The notes under the pieces were generated by a model that saw only the letters and a program-made list of their open reading frames with translations, was not told the origin of the DNA and did not search any database. This document shows, one piece after another, positions 52,899 through 64,000 of a stretch of 64,000 nucleotides of DNA. The stretch spans positions 44,702,001 to 44,766,000 of the forward strand of contig JANJGN010000004.1 of NCBI GenBank assembly GCA_026770705.1. The letters are read 5' to 3'. Origin of the DNA: Isurus oxyrinchus (Eukaryota). The translations under genes were made by a program, and so were the position numbers. The stretch's first letter is position 1, and every line of letters starts with the position of its first letter.

Positions 52899-53781
52899 TG
52901 TTATGACCAGGTGAGAAGGGGTGAACTGGGTCCCCTCTATTCAACCTCCTCAGTTGGCCACAACAAAGGTTTAAGTTTCTTCTCATGAGGATATGCCTTT
53001 TCTGAATCCAAATGTTTTTAACTATTTAAGCTGTGAACAATAAGGAGCCAAGCAAACAAGGTTTTCTTGAGATAAAGAAAGAGCAAATTTATTAAACACT
53101 AAACTGGAGAAAAAAATCAAAAATTACACATCGTGCCCACTGGTATCAGAAAAAAGGACGCTTAGTGTTCAATAAAAAAAGTTAACAGAATATACAATTA
53201 AGTTTCCCTGGCTTCCCCTTGACGTGTAGATTGTTAAACATTGTAGCCGAATTGGATGAGCTGCTTTCATGGATGTGACCAGATGTAGAAGATGTTGCAA
53301 TTATTATGAGATCTTAGTTGCTGACAGATTTCTTGTAAAGTTGGCTTCTGAACCGGGTAATACTTGTTCTAAAAGAGAGAGAGAGAGAGAGAGAGCTTTC
53401 AGCCTGTCTCATCTGCTGAGGTCTTTCTTGCAACCTTTTGCAGTTACTGCAGCCTAGCCTGAAATACTTCACCCATTGTGTATTTCCAAGAAGGTTTAAG
53501 TGTGTTTATCTGCGGCAGCCATTGTTTCACTGACCAGAACTTTGCATTTTAATTTCTCTCCCTTAGACTATGATGAGCTTTGATGGGTCTCTGAAATACA
53601 GGAAATGTCTCTCTCTTTGTGCTCCCCTGAGGGTGATTTGTTTGTTTTTCACCTTCACCTTGGAAGATGGCCAACCATTATTAAGTAATTTGTTCCATCT
53701 CGTTTCAAATTGCAAAATTTCCAGTCAATTGAAAGTTGAAAAATTATATTTTCAAAAATAAAGAGGCATAGCCTTGTGACA
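52899..53781. repeat. LTR-like repeat related to 20179-21202
   Basis: TGTTATGAC...GTGACA; shares a TATTCAACC-CCTCAGTTGG block and (AG)n with the 20 kb LTR. Confidence 0.6.
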
Positions 53782-54267
53782 AAGCTTGGATTTGAAATCA
53801 TCCAGACTGCTACATTGTCAGCCTCTACAGCTACATGTAACGATGCTTTTAGTCATCAAAAACCACAGTGTGATCCATATAATGCTTGAGTGGTCACCTT
53901 ATAATCCCAGACATTAGATGACTTGTGGTGGCCCTCTTTTGGTTCAGCAACATTCATTTTTAAATAAGCAAAAAGAATAAAGTTTGATTTATATAGTTTA
54001 TGATTTCTTTCATGTCTTACTGACATGTTAGTTGTGGTCAGTATAGACTGTGGTCTCTCTGTATCCATTGCAAACATATATCTCAAAGTGTTTGAGAGCC
54101 TGTATTAAACATAGGGTTTCTTTTTCTACTGTGGAATATTGTTTTTGATGTTTGTTCAGTTTTTTGGAGAAGTGCTCAACTGGTCTCTGTATTCCTGATT
54201 TGCCCACCTGGAGGACGACAGCCCTAACCCTGATGTCACTAGCATTGATGGCTAATTTAAATACTTG

Positions 54268-55005
54268 GGGCAGAATTTTCACCTTGGCAGGCAGGCGCAC
54301 GCCCGACCTGCTCGAGCGTCAAATGACGGTGATGATGTCGGGCAAGCGTCCGAACGTCAACACACAGTCGCGCGATAAGTCGGTTGGTGGGTGTGCATGG
54401 GAATCAGCAGTGCGCCCGCCGATAATTAGAAGGCCTATTAAGTCCATTAAAGTACTAATTAACTTCAATTTTTCGCTGCCAATCTTACAGTTGGTCGGAA
54501 GGCGAAAAGGCCAAGCAGCCTTTGCACTTTTTAGGAGACCTCATCCACAGCAGAATGAGGTTTTCAACAACAAACCAAAAAAAAATTTTATATCTCATTC
54601 ATAACATGTCCCTACTCATGTGACAGAATCAGTTTTTAACCTTTAAAAATTATTTTTTTGTTTTTCAGAACTCCTTATCTCCAGCTGCCTCAGGGAGATT
54701 TTCCAGCATGCACAAATGCGCATGCAGAAGTTCCCCGCTCGCTCTGCTCACCCTCCTCCCCACCACCACCACCCCACACCCCCACCCCCACCTCCCCCCC
54801 CCCCCCCCCCCCCCCCCCCACTCGCCCCCCACCCCCCACACACAGGTGGCATTGAGCGCTGCAGCATGCATTTCACATTGGGCGGGTCTTAATTGGCCTG
54901 CTAGTGTGAAATTGTGGTCCGGCCCCAATCGCGGGCGGTGGTCGGTTTCCCGTCCACTCCTGCCCACCCCCACTGAGCCCACCTTGCAAGGGCAAAATTC
55001 TGCCC
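54268..55005. mobile_element. Harbinger-type MITE at the RT/RNase H junction
   Basis: Perfect 12-bp TIR GGGCAGAATTTT, TSD TTG; host frame ALDFNQ|VFKLAI rejoins; poly-C tract at ~54790-54820. Confidence 0.92.
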
Positions 55006-56731
55006 TTGGTTAAAGTCTAGAGCTGCTTGCACTGGTTCCTTTTTAAAAATGGCTTTCAGCTTTTCAAAAGCTGTCCAGCATCTCTTGGTCCATGCTACCT
55101 TTGCTTTATTCTGTAATAGGTCTGTCAGCAGTGCAGCTATAGCGCTGAAGTATGGGACGAACCTGCGGTAGAACCCACACATACCTAAAAATCACATGAT
55201 ATCTCATTTTGTTGTGGGAATGGGCAACTGAACTGCTTTTTGTACTGTTGCAGCTCTGGCAGTACTTGTCCTTGATCACCCATGTACCCTAGGTAGGTCA
55301 CCTGAGCCTTAGTGAACTCACTCTTTGTGAGACTGACCACAAGGTTAGCTGACTTTAATTTCTGGAAGAGGGTTTCCAGTTGCTCTCAGCGAATTTCTCA
55401 GGTGTCACTGTACCCAAGGAGGTCATCGAGGTACACTACTCAATTGGATAAGCCTCCCACTACAGGTTTCATCAGCCTTTGAAAGGTGGCTGGGGCATTT
55501 CTGTGTCCAGATGGCATGACTCAACACTGGTAAAACCCATCTGGAGTCACAAAGGTGGAGATTTCCTTTACATGGGCAGCCAAGGGAACCTGCCAGTACC
55601 CTTTGAGTAAATCTTTCTTTGTCATGTGGGCTGTGTTACCTATCCTATCTATGCAGTCTTCCAGGTGGGGTATCAGGTAGGAGCTAGCTTTAGTCACTGC
55701 ATTAACTTTTCGGTCATCAATGCAGAGCCTTGTGGAGCCATCCAGCTTGAGCATGAGCACAACTGGGAAGCTCTAGCTAATGTTGCGAGGCTGTCTTAGT
55801 TGGTGCTCCAGCATGTAGTTAATCTCCTCCTGAACTTGGGCCAGCTTTTCTGGTCTGGATGGTAGAGATGTTGCCTTATGGGAGCAGCCTCTCCCACATC
55901 CACATCATGTAGAGCTAAAGTGGTGATGCTTGGCTTGTCTCTACAGATGTTTTTAAATGCAGTGAGCAGCCATATCAGGTGTCCTTGCTGTTCTGCATTT
56001 AGGTGGGTGAATATGGAGCCCAATTTCACTAAAATTTCTTGGCTTGCTAATCAGACAGCAGGGGGTTCAATGTGGGCCTCACCCACGTCTCCCTCCAATT
56101 CATCCTCACTGTTCTTCTTGTCCTCTAGGTCTGTTGTCATTAGACAGACCATTACCTGCTTGTCCCCTTCTTGGCTGTGATGTTATTATTTTCATGTTAA
56201 CATGACACAGCCTTTGCTTCTGCTGCAGTCTGGGATGTCAATTAGATAGTTTACCTCCAAGCTTTTTTGCCACTCTGTGAGGGTTACTGATTTTCAGCCT
56301 ATATTGATAGGACCCCTAACGTGGTCCCCGGCTGAAAGCTCCAGGAGCTGGCTTGTTTGTCTGCCTGTTTTTTCATAGTTGTTGTGAGATTTTTAAGTGT
56401 TCTTGACCCACATCAGAACCTCTTGTGAATCGCTCATGGAGCATGGTTACATAGTCTAACATGGAGACTTCCTCCTTCTGTTCCAAATACCTCTCCTTGT
56501 TTAGTTTCAGAGGCCATCTCACTTGGCATCTGGAGTAAAACCAGTGGACTCATTGGCTAAGTCTCTGGTAGTGAACAGCAGAAAACCTGGTCCTTTATCC
56601 CAGTCATGGGGTTATTTGTGGAAGTATGCCCTGATCATTGTTTTTAGGGTCTGATGTTACTGTTCGAGTGTCTCCTGCCACTGCGGGTGACACACTGAAG
56701 ACTTCAATTGGGTCACGCCCAAGTTACCCAT

Positions 56732-57178
56732 TGGCTGAATTTTCCCTCTGTCGGGGGGGTTGTGCGGGGGCGGGTGGGGGCGGTCGTGAACCTGATTGTC
56801 ACATGAGCTGGGACATGTGAAGGAATTATTTTTAAAAATTTTTATTGAATTTTTAAACACTTCATGAAACCTCATCCCACCTGTGGATGAGGTTTCATGA
56901 AAAATGAGAAGGCCGCCTGGGCTCTTTGCCTGCCCACCAACCTTAAGGTTGGATGGGTAGCTCAGCTAAATTGAATTAATTACTATTTAAATGGCCTTAA
57001 TAGGCCTTTGACAGTTCGGCGGGCGCACAGCTGGCTTGGCTGTGCACCCGCTGAATTGAACATCTAAATGAACCACGGTGATGGTGGGCCACCCGCCCAT
57101 CACTGCGTGTCATTTTATGTGTGGGTAAGTGGGCCCCACCGGGCCCCACCCCCACTCGCTGACCAGAGAATTCTGCCC
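56732..57178. mobile_element. Harbinger-type MITE in the integrase core
   Basis: TGGCTGAATTTTC / GAGAATTCTGCCC, TSD CAT; host frame FQEVM|GNLGVTQ rejoins. Confidence 0.88.
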
Positions 57179-57199
57179 CATGACTTCTTGGAATACTTG

Positions 57200-57495
57200 T
57201 GTGGTAATCTGAGGTGCAATACACCTTTACAAGAATGTGAGCAGATTGACTACATGATTGTATTAGCCGATTGCTGTGTAGCACAGACTACATTTTTAAT
57301 CACTGGTTTGGAATGGGTTCTGGTTCAAGAAGCACGAATGTGTTCATGCTCTGTTGTTTATATGAATAAAAAGCATGTGTTTCACCTAACAATGGTCTCT
57401 TCATCCACATCGTTTAGTTTACTGGCCAACACCTCAGTAGATAGGTGTGCAACCATTTTCACAGAGCAGGGCAAACTCTTAATAACAACACAACA
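57200..57495 (+). repeat. 5' LTR
   Basis: TGTGGTAATC...CAACA; AATAAA at ~57365; direct repeat of the 3' LTR. Confidence 0.88.
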
Positions 57496-57613
57496 ACTGG
57501 CGATGAGGCAAACCGCAACCAGTCAACGATGCCACGGCAAGCTGCTGAAAGTAAACTGAAGCAAATCAGCCATACTTTCCAGGTGCTGGTAAGTGCTGCC
57601 TTCATTGTAGCCA

Positions 57614-58410
57614 TTGGAGTTATCTTCCTACAGTGTGCCACAGTTTGGCCATGTTGAACCTTTTGATCAGACTATCGATGACTGGTCACATTACAGTGAA
57701 TGCTTTGCATTCCTCTTTATGGCATGCGACATATCGGGGGAGGAGAAGAGGCCGGTGATCCTCTTATTGACATGGGGCAGTAAAACTTGCGGTCTAATTC
57801 GTAGTCTAATGAGACCCAACACCCCAGATTCCAAGAGCTTTGATGAGTTGGTAAACCTAGTGAATAGCTGCTTTCAGCCGAAATCCTTGGTAACGATGCA
57901 GCGTTTTAAATTTAATTTGAGGTGTAGCGCCCCTGGAGAGACTGAAGCTTGCTATGTAGCAGACTTAAAACAATTAACAGAACATTGTGAATTTGGGATG
58001 TTGATTAATGACATGTTAAGAGGCCGGTTAGTATGTGGGATTAAAGAAGAAGCCAATCAAAAAAGGCTGTCGTCAGAAACTAATTTGGATTCCAGCAATG
58101 TGCTGGAGTTGGCTCTCGCAATGGAGATTGCAGTCAGGGATTCAGCAGCAGTTAAGGGAGCAGAAAATGGTTCCATCTTTCAGGTCAGGAGGGAAGCCTT
58201 GGTTAGAAATGGCGTGGAAGTGCACAGCTCCGTGGAAAGGCGGGAAACAGCCATCACCAACAGACCAGTGAAAAGCAATGGCTCAACAGACAAAACCTAT
58301 AACAGTAAGAGCAGAAATGGAACCAGATAGCCTACAAACTAATAACAATTTAAAACAATTGAATGTTTCATCTGCCATCATAAAGGACACATTATGAGAC
58401 ATTGCAAATT
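57614..58410 (+). pseudogene. Gypsy gag
   Basis: Open 238-codon stretch (QRFKFNLR..LKQLTEHCEFG..LRGRLVCGI) followed by CFICHHKGHIMRHC zinc knuckle. Confidence 0.85.
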
Positions 58411-58499
58411 GAGACAAACCTTCGGACAAAAAAGTAGAAATCATGACATTCACATAATTGAGGAACCAGAAGAAACAGAGCCAGATATTTACTCACTAT

Positions 58500-61400
58500 A
58501 CAATTTAAAAATGGACAAAACAGAGCCAATCCATGTGGTACCCATGACAGTCAAAGGAGAACATAGGTTCAAATATCTAAATGGAGAAGACCACCCATTA
58601 AATCTGGAAAATTCAGAAACTAAATTAAAGATGTATACTGGAGAAGACACATGAGTAAGTGGTATTTGCAAGGTTCTGGTACAGTATGGAAATCAGTCCA
58701 TTAATCTACCACTAATAGTGGTAGCAGGAGAGGGTCCAAGTCTATTTGGTCGGAACTGGCTTACGGAAAGTTGGAATGGACCGAGATTTTTCAACTCAGA
58801 ATGAAAGGTCTGTAAGAATTACTACAGGAATATGCCTCTGTTTTTAAGGAGGAGCTTGGAAAGATGCAGGGGCTACAAACTAAAAACTACGTGGATCCTG
58901 AGGCAATTCCCAAATTCATGAAGGTGAGGCCTGTACCCTTTGCATTGCGAGAAAAAGTTGATATTGAATTGGACAGGCTGGAAAGGTTGGGAGTCATACA
59001 ATCTGTACAATTTTCTGAATGAGCAGCACCCATTGTTCTAGTACTAAAGTCTGGCCAGAGTGTGCGAATATACATGGATTACAAGTTGACAGTTAACAAG
59101 GTGGCCAGACTAGACAGACATCCTATACCGAACATTGATGAATTATATTCCAAGTTGGCATGTGGAACTGCATATATGAGCTCAACATGAGCCATGCTTA
59201 CCAATAAGTTGAACTGGAAGAGACCTCTTGGGACTTGTTGACTATCATCACGCATAGGGGTTTATGCCAATATACCCGGTTACCCTTCAGAGTCTCATCA
59301 GCATATGCCATTTTCCAACAGACCATGGAAAGTTTAATCCAAGGGTTGCACCATGTTGTGGTTTATCTCGATGATGTCCTAGCACTAACAGATGAAGGAC
59401 ACCTGGCTATCCTGGAAGAGATGTTGAAGCATTTCTCACAAGCCCGAGAAAAATTTACCTTCCAAGCAAAAGAAGTGGTGTACTGGGGCCATTATGTCTA
59501 CTCGCTGGGCCTTCACTCATTAGAAAAGAAGATCAGAGCTATCCGTGAGGCGCCAGCACTGAAAAACGTCAGAGTTCAAGTCCTTCTGGGGAATGGTTAA
59601 CTATTATGGCCGTTTTCTCCAAATTTGTCAACAGTACTGGCTCCATTATATTGGCTCATAGAATCACAGAATCACAGAATCACACAGTGCAGAAGAGGCC
59701 CTTCAGCCCATCGAGTCTGCACCGACACATGAGAAACACCTGACCTACCTACCGAATCCCTCAAGAAAATCCACAGGTGGGTTTGGCAAGCTCCACAACA
59801 AGAGGCTTTTACAATAGTAAAGCAGTTACTCCACTCTTCTGCTCTGTTGGTACATTTCGACCCCAAGAAAGAATTAATTTTGACCTGTGATGCGTCACCT
59901 TACGAAGTAGGGGGGGGGGCAGCACTCTCCCACCGGATGGCAGATGGCTCTGAACCGCCCATCGGCTATGTCTCATGAACACTCACCGTGGCTGAGCAAA
60001 GATACTTGCAAATCAAAAAAGAAAGATTCTCCATCATATTTGGTGATAAGAGGTTCCACCAATACATCCATGATTGCCACTTTACCATTGTATCTGACCA
60101 CAAGCCCCTACTAGGCTTGTTTGGCAAAGACAAGGCAGTGCCCCCAATTGCCTCTGCACTCATCCAAAGGTAGGCACTAATTCTAGCTGCTTATGAATAT
60201 ACTTATGTCCTCCGGCCGGGCAGCCAGATTGCAAATGCCGATGCACTGAGTTGATTACCGCTAAAAAACAGCAGCGTGAATGTCCCAATTCCCCAAGGAC
60301 TTGTCTTGCTATTGAATTTTCTGGATTCGTCACCTGTACATGCCAATCAAATAAGACAGTGGCCAGACTGCAATCCAGTTTTGTCTCACATAAGGGAACA
60401 AGTCTTACAGGGATGGTCTAACGAGCCAAAGTCTGACGAAATGAAGCCCTATTTCAATAGGCGATATGAGCTCACCTGCCAGGATGGCATCTTGCCGTGC
60501 GGAGCGAGAGTCATTGTGCCTTTGAGAAGAAGAAAGCCATTATTGACCGAATTGCATAGTGTTCACACCGGCATCTCTAGAATGAAAATGTTGGTGTGCA
60601 GCTACTTATGGTGACCCGGGATGGATACAGAAATCAAGAACTTAGTCAAAAGCTGCATACAGTGCCAACAGGTACAGAAATTGCCCCCTTCAGCTCCATT
60701 ACATCACTAGGAAGACATGGGTCCGTCTATATATTGACTACTTTGAGCCTTTTTTGGGCACAATGTCCCTCCTGATCATAGACACTTACTCAAAGTGGAT
60801 GGATGTATACAAAATAAAATCACCCACATCTGCTGCCACCATAGATAGATTACGCCAGAGTTTTGAGGTACATGGGTTACCGGAAATGATAGTGTCTGAC
60901 AATGGAATAGCATTCACCAGCGAGGAATTACAAAGATTTGCAAGTCTCAATGGCATAACACATGTTCAGACCTCGCCTTACCACATCCAATGGGTTGGCC
61001 AAGAGGCTAGTCCAAACTTTCAAGTCCTGAATGGAAAAACTTGATGGTGACACTATTACATCTAGATTTTCATGCTTCCTATTGAACTATAGGACTGTGC
61101 CACACACGACTGCCGGTATTGCCCCCGCAGAGTTACTTCTGGAGAGATGTCTCCGGACATGTTTGAGTCTCATAAGGCCGAATTTAGGGGAGAGGGTAGA
61201 GAGAAGTCAGGAGGCCCAGAAAAACAAGCACGATTATCACAGTTGTGAAAGAAACTTAACTATTAGAGACTGTTTTTGCCAAGAACTTCGGAGATGGGCC
61301 CAAAAGGCTATTAGATGAAGTTAGAGCAGTGACAAGACCTCTTTCCTATCACATATTGGTTGAAGGTCAGATAATTAGGGGACATGTGGATCACCTTAGA
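58500..61400 (+). pseudogene. Gypsy pol (protease active site missing; RT, RNase H, integrase), disrupted
   Basis: GLCQYTRLPF, VVYLDDVL, LTCDASPY, SDHKPLLGLF, LHSVHTG, IDTYSKW, IVSDNGIAF, TSPYH. Confidence 0.9.
59657..59760 (-). mobile_element. CR1-type (LINE or SINE) 3' tail inserted in Gypsy pol
   Basis: Minus strand GATGGGCTGAAGGGCCTCTTCTGCACTG plus (TGATTCTG)n repeats. Confidence 0.8.
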
Positions 61401-61738
61401 TAAAGGGAAACAGATCTACAAGAGAGGATGCACCAAACATTCCTGTTGGAGTCTACACTACGTGTGGAAGGAACTCCTTTCAGTTTGAGAGTACCTATAG
61501 GATCTGTTGTGCCTGAGATGGTCGGAAAAACAAACTTACAGATTCCTATGGGAGAGCCTAATGGAAAGATGACTCCTGAGAGGGAGGCCACGGACAAACC
61601 ATCAGAAGGCGTAGAACTACAACATTCGACACTTGTGAAGAAGCCTCCAGAGAGACTGAATTTGTAAATAGTCTATTTATGTAAATAGTTAATATTTCTA
61701 AAGATTGTAATTTGTACCTTCGAGTAAAGGGGGAGGGA

Positions 61739-62648
61739 TGTGGTAATCTGCATACCTTTAAGAGGATGTGAGCAGATCGACCACATGACTGTATTACCCA
61801 ATTGCTGTATAGTACGAGCTACATTGTTCCAGTGAAGCTCAACACAAACTGGAGGAACAGCACCTCATCTTCCGACTAGGTACTTTACAGCCTTCCGGAC
61901 TGAATATTGAGTTCAACAACTTTAAATCATGAACTCTCTCCTCCGTACCAACCCACTTTCCGATCCCCCTTTTTCCAATCATTTATGTATATATTTTTTT
62001 CCCACCTATTTCCATTATTTTTAAATGTATTTCCAGCCATAGTTTTTTCTCTACCTTTTAGCCTATGTCGATCCCTTCCCCCCACCTCACCCCCACTAGG
62101 GCTGTCTGTCCCTTGCTCATCCTGCTTTCTACCCTTATGTCCCCATTAGCACATTTCTTAGCTAATATCACCACCGTCAACACCTCTTTGTCCTTTTGTC
62201 TATGACATCTTTTGGCAATCTCCACCTATCACTGGCCCTCTATCCAGCTCTACATGTCCCACCCTCCCTTAAACCAGCTTATATTTCACCTCTTTTCTAT
62301 TTTTCTTTAGTTCTGCTGAAGAGTCACATGGACTCAAAACGTTAACTGTATTCCTCTCTGCAGATGCTGTCAGACCTGCTGAATTTTTCCAGGTATTTTT
62401 GTTTTTGTTCCAGATTTCCAGCATCCGCAGTATTTTGCTTTTATTTTGTTAATCAGTAGTTTAGAATGGGTTCTGGTTCAAGAAGCATGCATGTGTTTGT
62501 GCCCTGTTGTTTATATGAAGAAACAGCATGTGTTTCACCTCACAAAAGTTTTTTCGTCCACATTGTTTAGTTTACCAAACAACACCTCAGTAGATAGGCG
62601 TGCAGCCATGTTTGCCAAGCAGAGTGAATTCTTCGTAACAACATAACA
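61739..62648 (+). repeat. 3' LTR, split by a Penelope insertion
   Basis: 61739-61828 and 62451-62648 together match 57200-57495 with many substitutions. Confidence 0.88.
61819..62445 (+). mobile_element. Penelope-like element 3' fragment (GIY-YIG endonuclease C-terminus, UTR, hammerhead-like motif)
   Basis: LHCSSEAQHKLEEQHLIFRLGTLQPSGLNIEFNNFKS* at 61819-61932; same 3' terminus as the short units. Confidence 0.9.
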
Positions 62649-64000
62649 ATTCAGGACATGAAATTTGAACTCTGATCTGACTGGAACTCAGTGGGCAGTC
62701 CATACCGGGTAAAGAATTGTTTTAATTCCCCTCCCAATATTTTGGTAGATATGGTTCTCAGGGGAACTGCCTCTGGGAAATGTGTAGCTACACCCAGGAT
62801 GGTAAGGATGTACTGGTAGTCCCCTTTTATTTTGGACAGGGGCCTCACACAGTCCACTAGCACCTTGCTGAATCGTTCCCCAAAAACTGACATGGGAATC
62901 ACAGGTGCAGATTTTATTGCAAGTTGGGGTTTTCCCACAACCTGGCAGATGTGGCAGGTTCTGTAAAACCTTATTAGATCCTTCTGGAGGTCTGCTGAGT
63001 GAAAACTCTTTGATGGGAGCTTGGGTTTTTCATATACCAACATGCCCAGCTATTGGAATTTTGTGTGCTAGCTGTAATCATTTCCCACAGTATCTTGGCA
63101 GTACCACTACTTGTTGGATCACTGTCCACTCTTCATTTGCAGGTCTGTGAGGGGGTCTCCACTTCCTCATCAGTACCTCAGATTTAAGGCAGCAGCATTT
63201 AGGGACTGTCTGCCTCAGCTTCAGTGTGTGCAATCTGAGCTAACTTTTTTAACAACGGGCTAGCTTGCTGAGCTGCAACAAAGGAAAGCCTACTTATTAC
63301 CTCCTTAGGGTCCTTTACACTCCTGAAAAATGTCTCAGATGACCTGTCAGTAGGGTCATCTGTCTGCAGTGCCACTTCAACCTCCTATGACTATGGACCA
63401 GGTTACTACACAGTTAGGGAAAATGTCAGACACTTTCTGCTCAATTGATTTGGCTCCCTGACCGCAGTCATCTTCTCTGAGACTACTGTGGATGATATCA
63501 CTTTTGATCCTGCCAGGTCTGGCTGAGGGGTGGCCCTGTCCACAGGCAAACTGGGGCGACTCCGATGGTCACCGGTCCTGACACAAGGTTGCACTCCAGG
63601 TACACCCAGCATAAGGGCTGGGCATGTACCCTCCTTCAATACTCATTACCAATGCCTTGGCCCTTACTGCACTCTCTGGTTGAAAGGCCATGCCTTTAGT
63701 TTGGCTGGCCCCTGTATCCCTCAGTATCACTATAGGCACACCTGCCTCATTCTGGGGAAATGTGGCCACCCTTCCTTTTGATACAAAATCCTTGTAACTC
63801 TCAGGGGTTTTTTTTAAGCTCACCCACACTCACAGTAGTGCGTCTACAGGGGTTTGCTGCCAGTCAGCCATAGTCTGGTCTGCTGTGCTCTCTGCCTCCA
63901 GTTTCTGCGCCAGGTTCATATGCCCCAACAAATCCTATGGGTTTTTCCTGTAACCTTCAACAATCAGCACGGAGGTGTCTCACCTTGCGGCAGTTAAAAC

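Larger units (their letters stand above)
57200..62648 (+). mobile_element. Full-length Ty3/Gypsy LTR retrotransposon (dead), nested in the Gmr1-like integrase
   Basis: Two TG...CA LTRs, PBS TGGCGATGAGG at 57498, PPT AAAGGGGGAGGGA at 61726-61738, gag-RT-RH-INT order. Confidence 0.93.
54028..64000 (-). mobile_element. Gmr1-like LTR retrotransposon internal region (gag-PR-INT-RT-RH), degenerate, runs off the window
   Basis: CCHC FNCRKVRHLRADC (~64000-63960), LRDTGASQ (~63715), INT H-H/C-C and DQSSNFMS (63070-62651, resuming at 57199-56200), RT DLLKGYWQV and YLDD (~55610-55420), RH YSTVEKE and YTDHN (54300-54030). Confidence 0.9.

Noticed and set aside
54658-55013. Proline-rich and glycine-rich ORFs
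   Set aside because: They come from a poly-C tract inside a MITE.

Overview
Eukaryotic, repeat-saturated DNA. The repeat families point to a vertebrate, probably a cartilaginous fish (inference). I found no supportable host protein-coding exon, and most ORFs in the track are broken transposon fragments or chance frames. The window is a stack of nested, mostly dead elements. It holds many CR1 LINE fragments and a ~3 kb CR1/L2-clade LINE with a tRNA-like 5' head. It holds at least six two-gene PIF/Harbinger relics (HARBI1-type transposase plus an intron-containing Myb/SANT gene) and about ten Harbinger-type TIR elements with 3-bp TSDs. A Gmr1-like LTR retrotransposon (PR-INT-RT-RH order) carries a canonical Gypsy element inside its integrase. 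There are also solo LTRs, tRNA-derived SINEs, a Tx1 3' end and seven Penelope-like insertions. Most notable: (1) short fold-back Penelope units whose junctions all fall at a minimal hammerhead-ribozyme-like motif with a variant core; (2) a tRNA SINE sharing its 3' terminus and target-site start with a Tx1 LINE; (3) the ORF1-less, tRNA-headed LINE; (4) the Gmr1-type domain order. Boundaries given with TSDs were read base by base; other boundaries are approximate.
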